DNA of 64,000 nucleotides from a candidate division WOR-3 bacterium. GTDB lineage: Bacteria > Hydrothermota > Tepidihabitantia > B3-TA06. Positions 9,622 through 19,221 of this stretch are shown here, in pieces. The notes beneath the pieces are model-generated. The model was not told the origin of the DNA. It did no database searches and saw only the letters and a list, made by a program, of their open reading frames with translations. The position numbers and the translations under genes were made by a program. The stretch lies in assembly GCA_965649265.1 (NCBI GenBank), contig CBFGKC010000003.1, positions 32,001 through 96,000 of the forward strand. The letters run 5' to 3'. The stretch's first letter is position 1. Every line of letters starts with the position of its first letter.

Positions 9622-10350
9622 TCATTGAGTGCTTGTTGACATCTCGAGTCTGGATTGAAGGAACCGGGGTGGTACATAGGCGAAAAAGCCTATGATAGCG
9701 GCAGCAAGGATCACTAACCTGAGCCAGGGCGGGCCGGGTCTGAGATAGTCCACGATTATCGCCGAAAGGGCGATAAGAAAGGAGAGGGAGGTCATAGGTA
9801 TGCGGTAGCGGGCCATTTTCGACCTTGCCCGCAGAAGTGCGAGATTCATTCCCAGCATGGCCAGTGCTCCCGGAACATAGAGGCCGAATATGGCTATCAG
9901 CCTGGCAATTTCGCTCGAAGGTTCCCATTCCGTGTACCAGAACTCGACAGTGTAGTTCGCCGCTCCTGCCGAGATGTTGATGATGTTCCAGACCAGCCAT
10001 ACGGCTATGAAAATTGAGGATACACCCAGGGCCAGATTCCTTTTCGAGGTAAGGAAATATACGAGAAGAAACACGGGAGGAGCAACAAGGAGACCCCCGA
10101 AAACGTTATCAACGAAGAAGAAGATGTAGTCAAGCTCCTGCCATCCAAGGTATCCGGCGGTCGTCCTCAGCGCGACGAAAAAGTAAAGGAGTGCGAGCGA
10201 GATCCAGTAAAAAGTAAAGGCGAAGCCAGCAGCTCTTACCCTTTCTCCCTTTTGCCGGCGCGCGACTATAATGCCCAGGAGCATTGATACCACAGCGATT
10301 GCAAGGCTGACTCCGACGTTTATTAATAGACCATACTTATCCGTGTGCAT
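9622..10350 (-). CDS. stand-alone 7-transmembrane receptor-like protein
   Basis: Seven hydrophobic helices, no soluble output domain; GAGGAGG RBS. Confidence 0.8.
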   Translation of the reverse strand: MHTDKYGLLINVGVSLAIAVVSMLLGIIVARRQKGERVRAAGFAFTFYWISLALLYFFVALRTTAGYLGWQELDYIFFFVDNVFGGLLVAPPVFLLVYFLTSKRNLALGVSSIFIAVWLVWNIINISAGAANYTVEFWYTEWEPSSEIARLIAIFGLYVPGALAMLGMNLALLRARSKMARYRIPMTSLSFLIALSAIIVDYLRPGPPWLRLVILAAAIIGFFAYVPPRFLQSRLEMSTSTQ

Positions 10351-10375
10351 GAGGCCTCCTCTTGGTTTTCAAGGT

Positions 10376-11020
10376 TTATCCGAAAAACTCGTCCACTTCT
10401 GACGCTATTTCAAGGAGAGGGAAGACACGGACGGTCTCGCCCTCCGCGAGCCCGAGCTCTGTCAGGGCAGAGGTGTTCAATTCCACCGCGTCGCCCAGGC
10501 CTTTACGGGTTTTTATCTTGAAAACGCGTGACTTTCCCGATGAAGACTTTATCTCCACCTGCCTCACCGTCGTTGAGCCTTTTGACAGTTTCCTCCACTC
10601 ATCCAGGACGTTGAGGTCGAGCACGACCTGGTCGAATCTTATCTTGCCGGCCACGGTTTGCAGTTCCTTCTCGCCTGGTTCCTTTGTTGAGGACGCGAGT
10701 GTTGACTCCAGCTGTTTCAGCACCCTGTCAAGGGCGGCTTTGAGCAGCAGCAGCTTCATGGAGAGCTGGCCGATGACGACGATGAAACCCTTCTCGAACG
10801 TTCGAATCGCGATGCGGCCCTCCTTGAATGTTCCGTATATGGCCTGAGGCTTTTGCTTGTGAGACTGGATACCCAGGCTGAATGCGTATCCGATGTTGGA
10901 AAGCAATGATTCATCCGTTTCATGAGTGAACGAGGATTCCAGAACCTGCCCCTCGTTATTGCAGAGGATTACCCCTTCAAGTCCTGCGACGGAGTGGAGT
11001 GACGTAAGAGCTTCCTTCAT
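10376..11020 (-). CDS. Roadblock/LC7 (MglB-like) protein with C-terminal beta-barrel-like domain
   Basis: LHSVAGLEGVILCNNEGQVLES roadblock start; C-terminal VELNTSALTELGLAEGETVRVFP. Confidence 0.8.
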   Translation of the reverse strand: MKEALTSLHSVAGLEGVILCNNEGQVLESSFTHETDESLLSNIGYAFSLGIQSHKQKPQAIYGTFKEGRIAIRTFEKGFIVVIGQLSMKLLLLKAALDRVLKQLESTLASSTKEPGEKELQTVAGKIRFDQVVLDLNVLDEWRKLSKGSTTVRQVEIKSSSGKSRVFKIKTRKGLGDAVELNTSALTELGLAEGETVRVFPLLEIASEVDEFFG

Positions 11021-11024
11021 TATC

Positions 11025-11924
11025 TCAGGATTCCTCTCTCAGGCGCTTCTCTATCTCAGAGCCGATCATGGCCGACGAAGAGTCGAAGTTTATTTTTGTT
11101 CCTATGTAAGTGTTTTTGAAGGGGTGAACGAGTATCCTGTGATCTGAAAATTCAATGGAACCATGAACCAGTTTGCCTTTGGCGAAAGTCTCTCCAACCT
11201 GCTCAAGCGCTTCTCCAAGAAGGGCAAGAAGCTGCGCCGTCTCCTGCCCGGAATCCATTTCCTGAGCCTCGAGGAGTGAGCCGTCCATGGAGGCGACGAT
11301 GATGCCTTTAACTCCCTCAATAGACATTACCTTTTGGGCAATTGGAGAACCTTCTGTGAAGCGGGTTTCCTGGGCTCTAACGGTTTCCGGTTCCTTACCG
11401 GTAACCGGCTTGGCGGGCTGTTCTGCAGGTCCCTGGGGTTCCCTGGACATCGGGGTTGGCGCTGGTTCTCTCTTGCCTGCAGATAAATCAGTCTGAGGAG
11501 GAGCCGCTTTTAACTCAAGAGAGGTTTTTCCCGTGGGAGGGGGAGGGGTGGCTATCTCGAAAACCGTCTCCCTGGTTTCGGTTTTGTTTGCGGGTTCGGT
11601 GGTTTTCGATTTGGCTCGATCCTCGATTTCGGTGAACAGCTTGTCGAGGGGTTCATTAATGGTTCTTACAGGAAGAACGGGCAGCTCCTCGAGCCAGTAT
11701 TTGCCCTTTGACCAGGACAGAATGAGCGTGAGTGCATCCAGACCGGAAAGGTTGCGGCAAGCGGCGTTCCTTACACTGCCTGCAGAGCAATGTATTATGG
11801 CTTCCTCACCGTTTTCGGCCTTAAGGAGTACCTCGTATGTTCCGGTGAGCTGACAAATTAACTGTATAAGGTTTTTTAATCTCTGGGTAGAGTCGAACTC
11901 TCCGAAAGTGTCCTGAAGAAGCAT
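11025..11924 (-). CDS. DUF4388 (PatA-N-like) + Pro-rich linker + Roadblock/LC7 protein
   Basis: LKNLIQL...GLDALTLILSWSKGKY...RTINEPL; C-terminal MSIEGVKGIIVASMDGSLL. Confidence 0.82.
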   Translation of the reverse strand: MLLQDTFGEFDSTQRLKNLIQLICQLTGTYEVLLKAENGEEAIIHCSAGSVRNAACRNLSGLDALTLILSWSKGKYWLEELPVLPVRTINEPLDKLFTEIEDRAKSKTTEPANKTETRETVFEIATPPPPTGKTSLELKAAPPQTDLSAGKREPAPTPMSREPQGPAEQPAKPVTGKEPETVRAQETRFTEGSPIAQKVMSIEGVKGIIVASMDGSLLEAQEMDSGQETAQLLALLGEALEQVGETFAKGKLVHGSIEFSDHRILVHPFKNTYIGTKINFDSSSAMIGSEIEKRLREES

Positions 11925-12124
11925 AAAGTATTATAGAATAGGTAAGAATTGATGCTTGTCAAGAGAAAGCGGTTGCAGAGTCGGAAAAAGCAAAAGAGAC
12001 GTTCAAAAAACGGCTTTGAGCATTTCCAAAGGGACTGATGCATTACCACTCAACACCTCAGAAACCATCTTTTCGAGAGTTCCTATGTACGTCCGAAAAC
12101 GGACTGCAAGGAGAGGGTGCGTTC

Positions 12125-13417
12125 TTAAAAAGTTGTCCCGCTTGCCCAGTTGAAGTCCTCGACAAGAATCGAAGGTAAAAGCATCGCTCCCTGGCGGCGT
12201 TCGACTGTTCCCATTGCCAGAGGGTTTTTGAGAATCCTCATGGGTGAATCATTGAATCTCATGTGCTTTACCGCATGTTTAATCTTGCCGTCTTCAACAT
12301 AGAAGAAACCGTCGCGGCTCGTGCCCGTAAGCACAAGATCCATCGGGTTCACGTAACGGATATACCAGAGATTCATGACCAGGAGTCCTTTGTCTATCTT
12401 GCGAATCAACTCATCAAGGCTCTTGTTGCCGCCGGTCATAGAGAAAGTCATCGACGAAGTAACGACAGGTATGCGCTGCTTCTTTGCCCAGTACCTGGAC
12501 GTCCAGAGATTCGTCAGAGTTCCGTTTTCGATGTATGCCGTTTTCTTTCTGGCAATGCCGTCATTGTATAAATCCATGGGCGTTCCCGGATTCCTGGGAT
12601 CCGAAGGATCGGATATTATGTCTATTTTCGAGGAGATGAGCTTTTTACCGAGTTTGTCTTTGAAGAAGCTTCGACCTTCGTCCGCAGCGCGTCTGTCCAT
12701 TTGAAAGACCGCGAAAGGCATCAATTCGGCAAGGGCTCTTGCGGTGATAAGTGTTTTGTAAACGCCGGGTTTGAGTTCCTTCGGGTTTCGACCGAGTTCC
12801 TCTGTGCGAAAAGCCTCGATTGCTAGCGCCTGTGGATTGATTTTAGCAATATCCTCGTCCTGGGCCACGGCGGACCCGGATGAATCACCGGTCTGGGCGG
12901 TCATCGAAAACTCCGCCTCTGTCCATACGTGCTCTCCGGCCAGTCCTCGTGTGTTCCCGACGTAGAGGCCATAATCACCTGAACGGTATATGCCTGATGC
13001 AGTCGTTTTGCGCGAGGCTGCCTCGGCCGTGATCTCGCGAATCACCCTTGCCTTAGCGTCTACCGGTGTCTTTGCGGTCTTCTCGAAGAATCGCTCGACC
13101 TTAAGGAAGCGCTGACCTTGAGGCAACTCGATATACTCGGGGTCCTCGGGAGTGGCCTTGACTATGGCTTCGGCCTTGCGGAGAGCCGCCAGCACTCCGC
13201 GCGAAGAGACGTCGGATGTCTCGGCCTTGCCTCTGCGGTGTTTGTTAACAGCGGTAACCTCGAGATTGATGCGGTGCCTTGTGGTGTTCTGCGTTATCCG
13301 GTTCTCGGCGAAGCGAGAAAGATTCTCGTTCTCCACATAGAGAGTAACGTTTGCATCCTCGACTTTCTTGCGCTTGGATATGAGATCTATGGTTTCTTTG
13401 AGCCAGTCTTTGTTCAT
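12125..13417 (-). CDS. pmbA: PmbA/TldE family subunit
   Basis: SRFAENRITQN, LWYIRYV, TGTSRDG, MRFNDS; ATGA overlap with the tldD stop places the start at 13417. Confidence 0.85.
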   Translation of the reverse strand: MNKDWLKETIDLISKRKKVEDANVTLYVENENLSRFAENRITQNTTRHRINLEVTAVNKHRRGKAETSDVSSRGVLAALRKAEAIVKATPEDPEYIELPQGQRFLKVERFFEKTAKTPVDAKARVIREITAEAASRKTTASGIYRSGDYGLYVGNTRGLAGEHVWTEAEFSMTAQTGDSSGSAVAQDEDIAKINPQALAIEAFRTEELGRNPKELKPGVYKTLITARALAELMPFAVFQMDRRAADEGRSFFKDKLGKKLISSKIDIISDPSDPRNPGTPMDLYNDGIARKKTAYIENGTLTNLWTSRYWAKKQRIPVVTSSMTFSMTGGNKSLDELIRKIDKGLLVMNLWYIRYVNPMDLVLTGTSRDGFFYVEDGKIKHAVKHMRFNDSPMRILKNPLAMGTVERRQGAMLLPSILVEDFNWASGTTF

Positions 13418-14859
13418 TTCTTCCCCCGGCTGACGCGAATGCGGCGTACCCTTACCCATGGGCCGCCGTTTGTCATCTGGGCAATTTGAATGGGTTCGCC
13501 CTTTCCGCAGTTTCGCAGACCTCTGGGTTCCCACCACTTCTGTCCGGCAATCATATCCACCGAACCCCAGAACTCCGGGGTTATGGATTGATAAATCACG
13601 TCCCTAAGCATTCTTGTCTTCTTACCGTTCTTGATCTCGTAAAAGAGGTCCCCCCCGAACTGAAAGTTCAGTCGGCGCTGGTCTATTGACCAGCTCCCTC
13701 TTCCTTCGATCCAGATGCCTTTTTTAACGTCGGCGACAAGATTTTCAGGCGATATATTCTTGTTACCCGGCATAAGAAAGAGGTTAGGGATGCGATTGAT
13801 GGGCATCGACGCGTAGCTGTCGGCCCTGCCCGAGCCGAATGAGCGATTGTACCCTGCCCGCATCGCGACCTCACGGGTGGAGCTGTAATTCCTGAATATG
13901 CCATCCTTTACGATATCCCACCGCTGCCCTTGGACACCCTCGTCGTCGTAACCGGTTGATGCAAGTCCGCCCTCAAGGGTGTTATCGGCAACAAAATGGA
14001 TGAGATCGGAACCGTAGCGGAAAGCGCTATCCTTCTTGTCGAGCGTAACAAAGCTCGTGCCTGCGAAATTTGCTTCGTAACCGAGCACCCTGTCGAGTTC
14101 GGTTGCGTGACCTACCGATTCGTGAATGGTCAAAGCCAGGTGTGCAGGATCGAGGATAAGGTCAGTCGGGCCCTCCGGAGGGTAATCGGCAGAAAGCTTG
14201 GCAACCGCTTCTTCGGCGATGCGCTGGGCATTCTCTTCCATCTTAAGGCTAAGGATGTGTTCCCAGCCCTTGTTCATGGGATGATCCTGGAAGGTTCTTG
14301 TCTGGCTGTCGCCCTTGCCTACTGCAACAGCCGTATAATCACCGCCAACTGTAGTAATAAGCGTTTCTATAAAGGAACCTTCGGTTGACGCAAAAAACTG
14401 GTGTCTGCGGGTTATGTGGCTGTTAGCTCTGGCCTTGACTATGCCTTTTACGCCAAGCATTGTCTCGTTGATTCGTAAGAGCATGGCGATTTTTTCTGCA
14501 ATAGGTATAGTAAAGGGGTCTATCTCTACCTTTGTTTCAAACCTGTCTTTATGGGCGGGCTCAGGCGCGAGCGTAATCTTCTCCTGAATTGTAAGGGCCG
14601 ATGCCTTAGCTACTGATACCGCCTCCCTTGCGACCTTTTCGGCGGAGCGCTTGTCAAGACGACTTATGGAAGCAAAGCCCCATGCCCCATTCTTCAAGAC
14701 CCTAATGCCAATACCAGCGTCACTTAGGTCTCTCGTGGCCTTGGGCGACCGGTCTTCGACGTAAAGAAACTGGTCTTGAATCGAAAGGACACGGGCGTCG
14801 GCGTAGTCTGCCCCGGCAAGCCTGGCAACTTCGACTGCGCGCTCGACCAAATCCTTCAT
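13414..14859 (-). CDS. tldD: TldD metalloprotease
   Basis: HESVGHATELD zinc motif, YDDEG, NCGKGEP. Confidence 0.92.
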   Translation of the reverse strand: MKDLVERAVEVARLAGADYADARVLSIQDQFLYVEDRSPKATRDLSDAGIGIRVLKNGAWGFASISRLDKRSAEKVAREAVSVAKASALTIQEKITLAPEPAHKDRFETKVEIDPFTIPIAEKIAMLLRINETMLGVKGIVKARANSHITRRHQFFASTEGSFIETLITTVGGDYTAVAVGKGDSQTRTFQDHPMNKGWEHILSLKMEENAQRIAEEAVAKLSADYPPEGPTDLILDPAHLALTIHESVGHATELDRVLGYEANFAGTSFVTLDKKDSAFRYGSDLIHFVADNTLEGGLASTGYDDEGVQGQRWDIVKDGIFRNYSSTREVAMRAGYNRSFGSGRADSYASMPINRIPNLFLMPGNKNISPENLVADVKKGIWIEGRGSWSIDQRRLNFQFGGDLFYEIKNGKKTRMLRDVIYQSITPEFWGSVDMIAGQKWWEPRGLRNCGKGEPIQIAQMTNGGPWVRVRRIRVSRGKK

Positions 14860-15135
14860 AAAATCCTCCTTAGAATTATCATTTCAAACGGGATCACCCT
14901 GCGCAAAGAGGGGATATCCCTCCCGCGAGAGAGGTTGATCCCCAAGATATTGACAAATCAACAATATATATTATACGCTGTAACTCCTCATTTGTCAACC
15001 CTTTGGGTAGTAAATTTCTAGTAATAGGATGGGTTTTATAATTTCGCTTACCTGGAGGTGGAATAGGCTAATTCTTGACTGTGCAAGGATTCGGATTAAA
15101 CTATTCAAGAAAATAATCTTATAAGAAAGGAGCAT

Positions 15136-15861
15136 GTGATGGCGAAAGCAAACCAAAAGACCATCTCGTGTCCAATCTGCGGCAAATCTAAAAGGCCTTC
15201 CGAGATGATTGCGGGCGATCTGGTGCGTGAACCCATTGTCGAGCTTATCAAGGAGGAGAATCCTGAATGGACGCCGAAGGAAGCAATTTGTCTTGACGAC
15301 CTCAATCGCTTCAGGTCCGAATACGTCGAGGACGTGCTCGAGGAGGATAAGGGTGAGCTTTCCACTCTGGAAAAGGACGTTTTGAATAGCCTGCAAAAAC
15401 AAGAACTGCTATCCAAAGATCTTAATGCAGAATTCGATAAAAAATTGAAGTTCGGCGAACGCGCAGCGGACAAGATTGCCGAGTTCGGCGGAAGCTGGAA
15501 GTTCATCATAATCTTCGGGGCAATTCTTGGATTCTGGATTGTCCTTAACACGGTTCTCCTCTTCAAAAAGCCGTTCGACCCCTACCCGTTCATCCTTTTA
15601 AACCTCGTGCTTTCGTGCCTTGCCGCAATTCAGGCGCCCATAATCATGATGAGCCAGAACCGCCAGGAGGCGAAAGACCGACTGCGTTCTGAGCACGACT
15701 ACGAGGTAAACCTCAAAGCCGAGATTGAGATACGCTACCTCCACGAGAAACTTGATCATCTCTTGACCCACCAGTGGCAGAGGCTGCTGGAGATCCAGGA
15801 GATACAAACGCAGCTGATGGAGGAACTTACAGCGAAGCGGGTCGTGAAAAAGAAGAAATAG
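15136..15861 (+). CDS. DUF1003 membrane protein with N-terminal CxxC
   Basis: ADKIAEFGGSW, FDPYPFILLNLVLS, QAPIIMMSQNRQ. Confidence 0.9.
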   Translation: MMAKANQKTISCPICGKSKRPSEMIAGDLVREPIVELIKEENPEWTPKEAICLDDLNRFRSEYVEDVLEEDKGELSTLEKDVLNSLQKQELLSKDLNAEFDKKLKFGERAADKIAEFGGSWKFIIIFGAILGFWIVLNTVLLFKKPFDPYPFILLNLVLSCLAAIQAPIIMMSQNRQEAKDRLRSEHDYEVNLKAEIEIRYLHEKLDHLLTHQWQRLLEIQEIQTQLMEELTAKRVVKKKK

Positions 15862-15886
15862 CCATCCCCTGAGAGCGGAGGAGAAA

Positions 15887-16582
15887 ATGGAGATTGAAAA
15901 ATCACGAATAGGGGGATATAGAATCGAGTGGGGTATTGAACCCTCACTGTGGGAAGACGATGAAACGGAATCTTACATTCTTAACATAGATGATTTGAGA
16001 ATCGAAATCAAAAACAAGACTGTTTCGGTGCTTGGAACAAATCAGGATGATTTTAGAAATCGAGCAAGTCGAGCAATGGAGGCAGTTTCGATTTTGTTTA
16101 TCTTGAACAGAGGAGGGGGTGCAATGATTGTCCGTGAAAGAAGAAATGAACTAATATGTTCTGGTTCGTCAAGATTCCTTTATTGTTTCGAAGATACTAA
16201 AAGGTTTATTGATAATAATTCGAAATTACTCAAATATTATATGGACGATACCTTGAGAAGTTCTGTAGCTTACTATAATTTAGCCCTACAAGGCTCCGAC
16301 CAGCTCGCAATCGCAGGAAACCTTTACATGGCGATGGAGGAGCTGGCGGCTAAATTCAAATGTTGGGATGAGGTTTCGGATGCGTTAAAGCCTTTCGATA
16401 AGAAAATAACTAAAAACCACGTAACAAGAAAAATAAGACAGAAACTTAATGAAGGAAGGCATGCATATCTTAACGATGGAAGTAAGGCTCAAAAATTAGA
16501 TGATGAGGAATTAAATCGCCAAAAGCAGTGGATCAGAGAAGTTATCCTCGCCTACGTGGAGTGGTTGAAGCAGAACCCGTAA
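15887..16582 (+). CDS. AT-rich hypothetical protein, possible HEPN/ApeA-like
   Basis: 231-aa ORF; LYMAMEEL and LNEGRHA motifs. Confidence 0.6.
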   Translation: MEIEKSRIGGYRIEWGIEPSLWEDDETESYILNIDDLRIEIKNKTVSVLGTNQDDFRNRASRAMEAVSILFILNRGGGAMIVRERRNELICSGSSRFLYCFEDTKRFIDNNSKLLKYYMDDTLRSSVAYYNLALQGSDQLAIAGNLYMAMEELAAKFKCWDEVSDALKPFDKKITKNHVTRKIRQKLNEGRHAYLNDGSKAQKLDDEELNRQKQWIREVILAYVEWLKQNP

Positions 16583-16624
16583 GGACCCCTCCCCCCCCTC
16601 TCATTTTTGGTTTTTGAGGAGGGC

Positions 16625-17017
16625 TTACCCGGAACGGAAGTTTTCGCTTATCCTTTCCCCGGCGTCACGCGCGTTCATGATTAGCTTGCCTATCGGGATT
16701 TTTGCGTCGCCGCGAGCTATCAGCATAAAGTCCCTTCTGCCGTCTATCGCAAGGGCGTAGAAGTAACCGCTCAAGGCCCTCACAATCATCTCTTCGCAAC
16801 CGCTCAGGTTCATCCTCTCGAGCGTCTCCTTGGCCTCCTCGAAAAGACTTAAGGACGATACCGCAGCCATGTCGGTGTTGTTTCCGTTTTGAGATATCTT
16901 AGAATACTTGCATACGGGCAAGCCCTCGCGATCGATCAGCATACTCATTGTCATGCCCGGCGTGCCAATCACCAGTTCCCTCAAAATTCCCTGAACCTCG
17001 TGCGGTTCAGACGGCAT
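16625..17017 (-). CDS. Roadblock/LC7 domain protein
   Basis: TPGMTMSMLIDREGLPV...MAAVSS; typical 130-aa length. Confidence 0.82.
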   Translation of the reverse strand: MPSEPHEVQGILRELVIGTPGMTMSMLIDREGLPVCKYSKISQNGNNTDMAAVSSLSLFEEAKETLERMNLSGCEEMIVRALSGYFYALAIDGRRDFMLIARGDAKIPIGKLIMNARDAGERISENFRSG

Positions 17018-17280
17018 AGTTTCGCTCCTGTTTCCATATTATAAACGATGCCCACTATCCCCTAAATCCATACCGTAAATAAAGTATAAAAATGCAATAT
17101 ATTATAGAATAACAAAAGCCTTTGTCAAGTGATTTTCTAATCATCCCGGCTGTAAGTGTTCACCATATCGGAAGCTGGGCATGCTCTCGGTGTGGATAGA
17201 GCGTTCTCATGAGATAAACAGGTTTTCTTTTGTGGTTGCGACTCGTCTTAAATATAGAGTTCGATTGAAAAGGAGAAGCT

Positions 17281-18618
17281 ATGAAGTATCAAAAAAAGTT
17301 TCGCACCACAGATATCATTACCTTACTACTTACTATAACTCTTATCCTTGCAGTTTCCGGATGCAAGAAAGAGTTTTCCGGCGACCCTTACGTTCGTTAT
17401 GGGAAGGAGACAGGCTCCAGGCTGGCTGCAGCCGATGAGCTTTTTTTCTCAAAGAAGTTCGCTGAAGCAGAGAAGGCATACCGCAAGATAGTTGAGAGTG
17501 ACGCGAAGTGCGTGGATGCGGTGATAGGTGTAGGCCGCGCCTTGAGATACCAGGGCAAGCTGGATATGGCGGCAAAGGAATTCAAAAAGGCATACGAGAT
17601 GGACAAGTCCTACCCGCTCGCGGTACTTTTCTACGGCGAGGCGCTGATTCCGTGGTACGGCATGGCTCCGGCGGATGTATCGCAAAGCAACCTGGTTGAC
17701 AGGGGAATCGGCTATCTTGAGGAAGCATTGAAAACAAATCCTGGGCTTGTGGAGGCGCATCTCTCACTCTGGCCAGCCTATCTTTGTGCGGGTGATTTTG
17801 AGAAAGCAAACGCGCAGCTCAAGGCACTCATCGAGAAGAACTACTTTCCCAAACCGGTGCTCGACTTCGGCTACAACCTTCTTGCAGGCGCGGATAAGGA
17901 TGCAATAATCTTCACCAACGGCGATATGGATACCTATCCGCTTCTTGCGCTCCAGCAGGGTAAGGGCATACGTACCGACGTAAGGGTCGTGAACGTAAAC
18001 CTCCTGAACCTTCCCTGGTACGCGAAATACGTGCGCGATCAACTGGGTGTGCCGATATCGTACCCGAACGAAATACTCGATACCCTCAAGCCAATGGTGC
18101 TTAATCCCGCTCAAAAGGAAGAAGACGTTAAGCTTGTCTCGGATCTTCTCATAGACGAGATAATCGCGAACGCCGGGAAAACACCTATTTACTTCGCGAT
18201 GCTTCCCCAGGCGTTGATCGAGCGGCACTGCGTCAACCGCTCATGGGAGGGTCTTTTGACGAAAGTCGTGTACGAACCGGTAAATAACTACCGCAATCGC
18301 GCCAGGGCACTGGAGAATGTTGAAAAGAATTATCGAATAGAGATCCCCGATGCAAAGGTTGCCTGGACCTCCAACCTTTCACCTCTCACGCGAGACATTT
18401 CAGGGCTTCTCATCAATTACGGCGCGGTGTACAATATGATTGCTGCGGACTTCGCTGATGAGGGGCTGAAGAACGAAGCCGTAAAATACTTCCGCAAGGC
18501 GGCCGACGTTTTCAAGAAACTTGATGCAAAGGAGATGCTCCGTACTACTGTTGAGAACTGGCTTCGCATCAATCCCTCCGATCCCGAAGCGCTTGGGCTT
18601 AAAAAGAGTTTAACTTAA
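17281..18618 (+). CDS. TPR lipoprotein with DUF2723/TMEM260-like soluble domain
   Basis: Lipobox VSGC; TPR repeats; IIFTNGDMDTYPL...RTDVRVVNVNLLNLPWY. Confidence 0.75.
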   Translation: MKYQKKFRTTDIITLLLTITLILAVSGCKKEFSGDPYVRYGKETGSRLAAADELFFSKKFAEAEKAYRKIVESDAKCVDAVIGVGRALRYQGKLDMAAKEFKKAYEMDKSYPLAVLFYGEALIPWYGMAPADVSQSNLVDRGIGYLEEALKTNPGLVEAHLSLWPAYLCAGDFEKANAQLKALIEKNYFPKPVLDFGYNLLAGADKDAIIFTNGDMDTYPLLALQQGKGIRTDVRVVNVNLLNLPWYAKYVRDQLGVPISYPNEILDTLKPMVLNPAQKEEDVKLVSDLLIDEIIANAGKTPIYFAMLPQALIERHCVNRSWEGLLTKVVYEPVNNYRNRARALENVEKNYRIEIPDAKVAWTSNLSPLTRDISGLLINYGAVYNMIAADFADEGLKNEAVKYFRKAADVFKKLDAKEMLRTTVENWLRINPSDPEALGLKKSLT

Positions 18619-18640
18619 ATTCTCCGACCACAAAGGCACA

Positions 18641-18677
18641 AAGGCCCCCCTCCCCGTAACACATAAAGGGGGGCCTT
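18641..18677 (+). terminator. hairpin downstream of the TPR gene
   Basis: AAGGCCCCCC...GGGGGGCCTT inverted repeat; no clear U-tract. Confidence 0.45.
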
Positions 18678-19221
18678 AATCTATTTCGATGTATCATTGA
18701 ACACCGCGGATCGAACCTTACATCGCCGCCGCAGATCAAAAAAGAAGGATCGGTCTGGCAAGGCATTTTTTCTTTGACCGGCCCCATTTCTTTTTTGCGG
18801 GAATGAGAAACCTGACGGGTTCATATTGGGTTAACAAAGATATCTGATGCTGGTATGAAAGACCTGAGTCTGAACCTTAGCGATATGGTTGTCTTTCTGC
18901 TCCTTCTATAATTCTAGTTATCAATGAAATAGGGTTTATATACCTTAGATAAGTTACACTGACATTTTATGATGATATAAGACAAAAATTGTAAAAAGCC
19001 GGTTGTGAATTGATTGAAGATTGCCAATTAGAGAGAATTCGTTAATTCAATTTCTTTCAGGCAATTTTTAAGACATATAAAAAGACATAAGAAGACTTGA
19101 CATGTTTAGAGTTTTTTTTATAATATATTCGCATATTCCGTAAAATCTAAAAAAGGAGGCGTAAAAAGTAAAAAATCACAGGAGAAGAAGGGCTCAGCAT
19201 AACCAAAACCAATGACCTATC

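Noticed and set aside
12125-13417. Missing HExxxH as a further pseudoenzyme
   Set aside because: Normal for the PmbA/TldE subunit
13418-13537. Long N-terminal extensions in the ORF track (also 3354, 20482, 28312, 33334, 39627, 39991, 48961, 59377)
   Set aside because: RBS, promoter position, signal peptides or gene overlaps favour downstream starts
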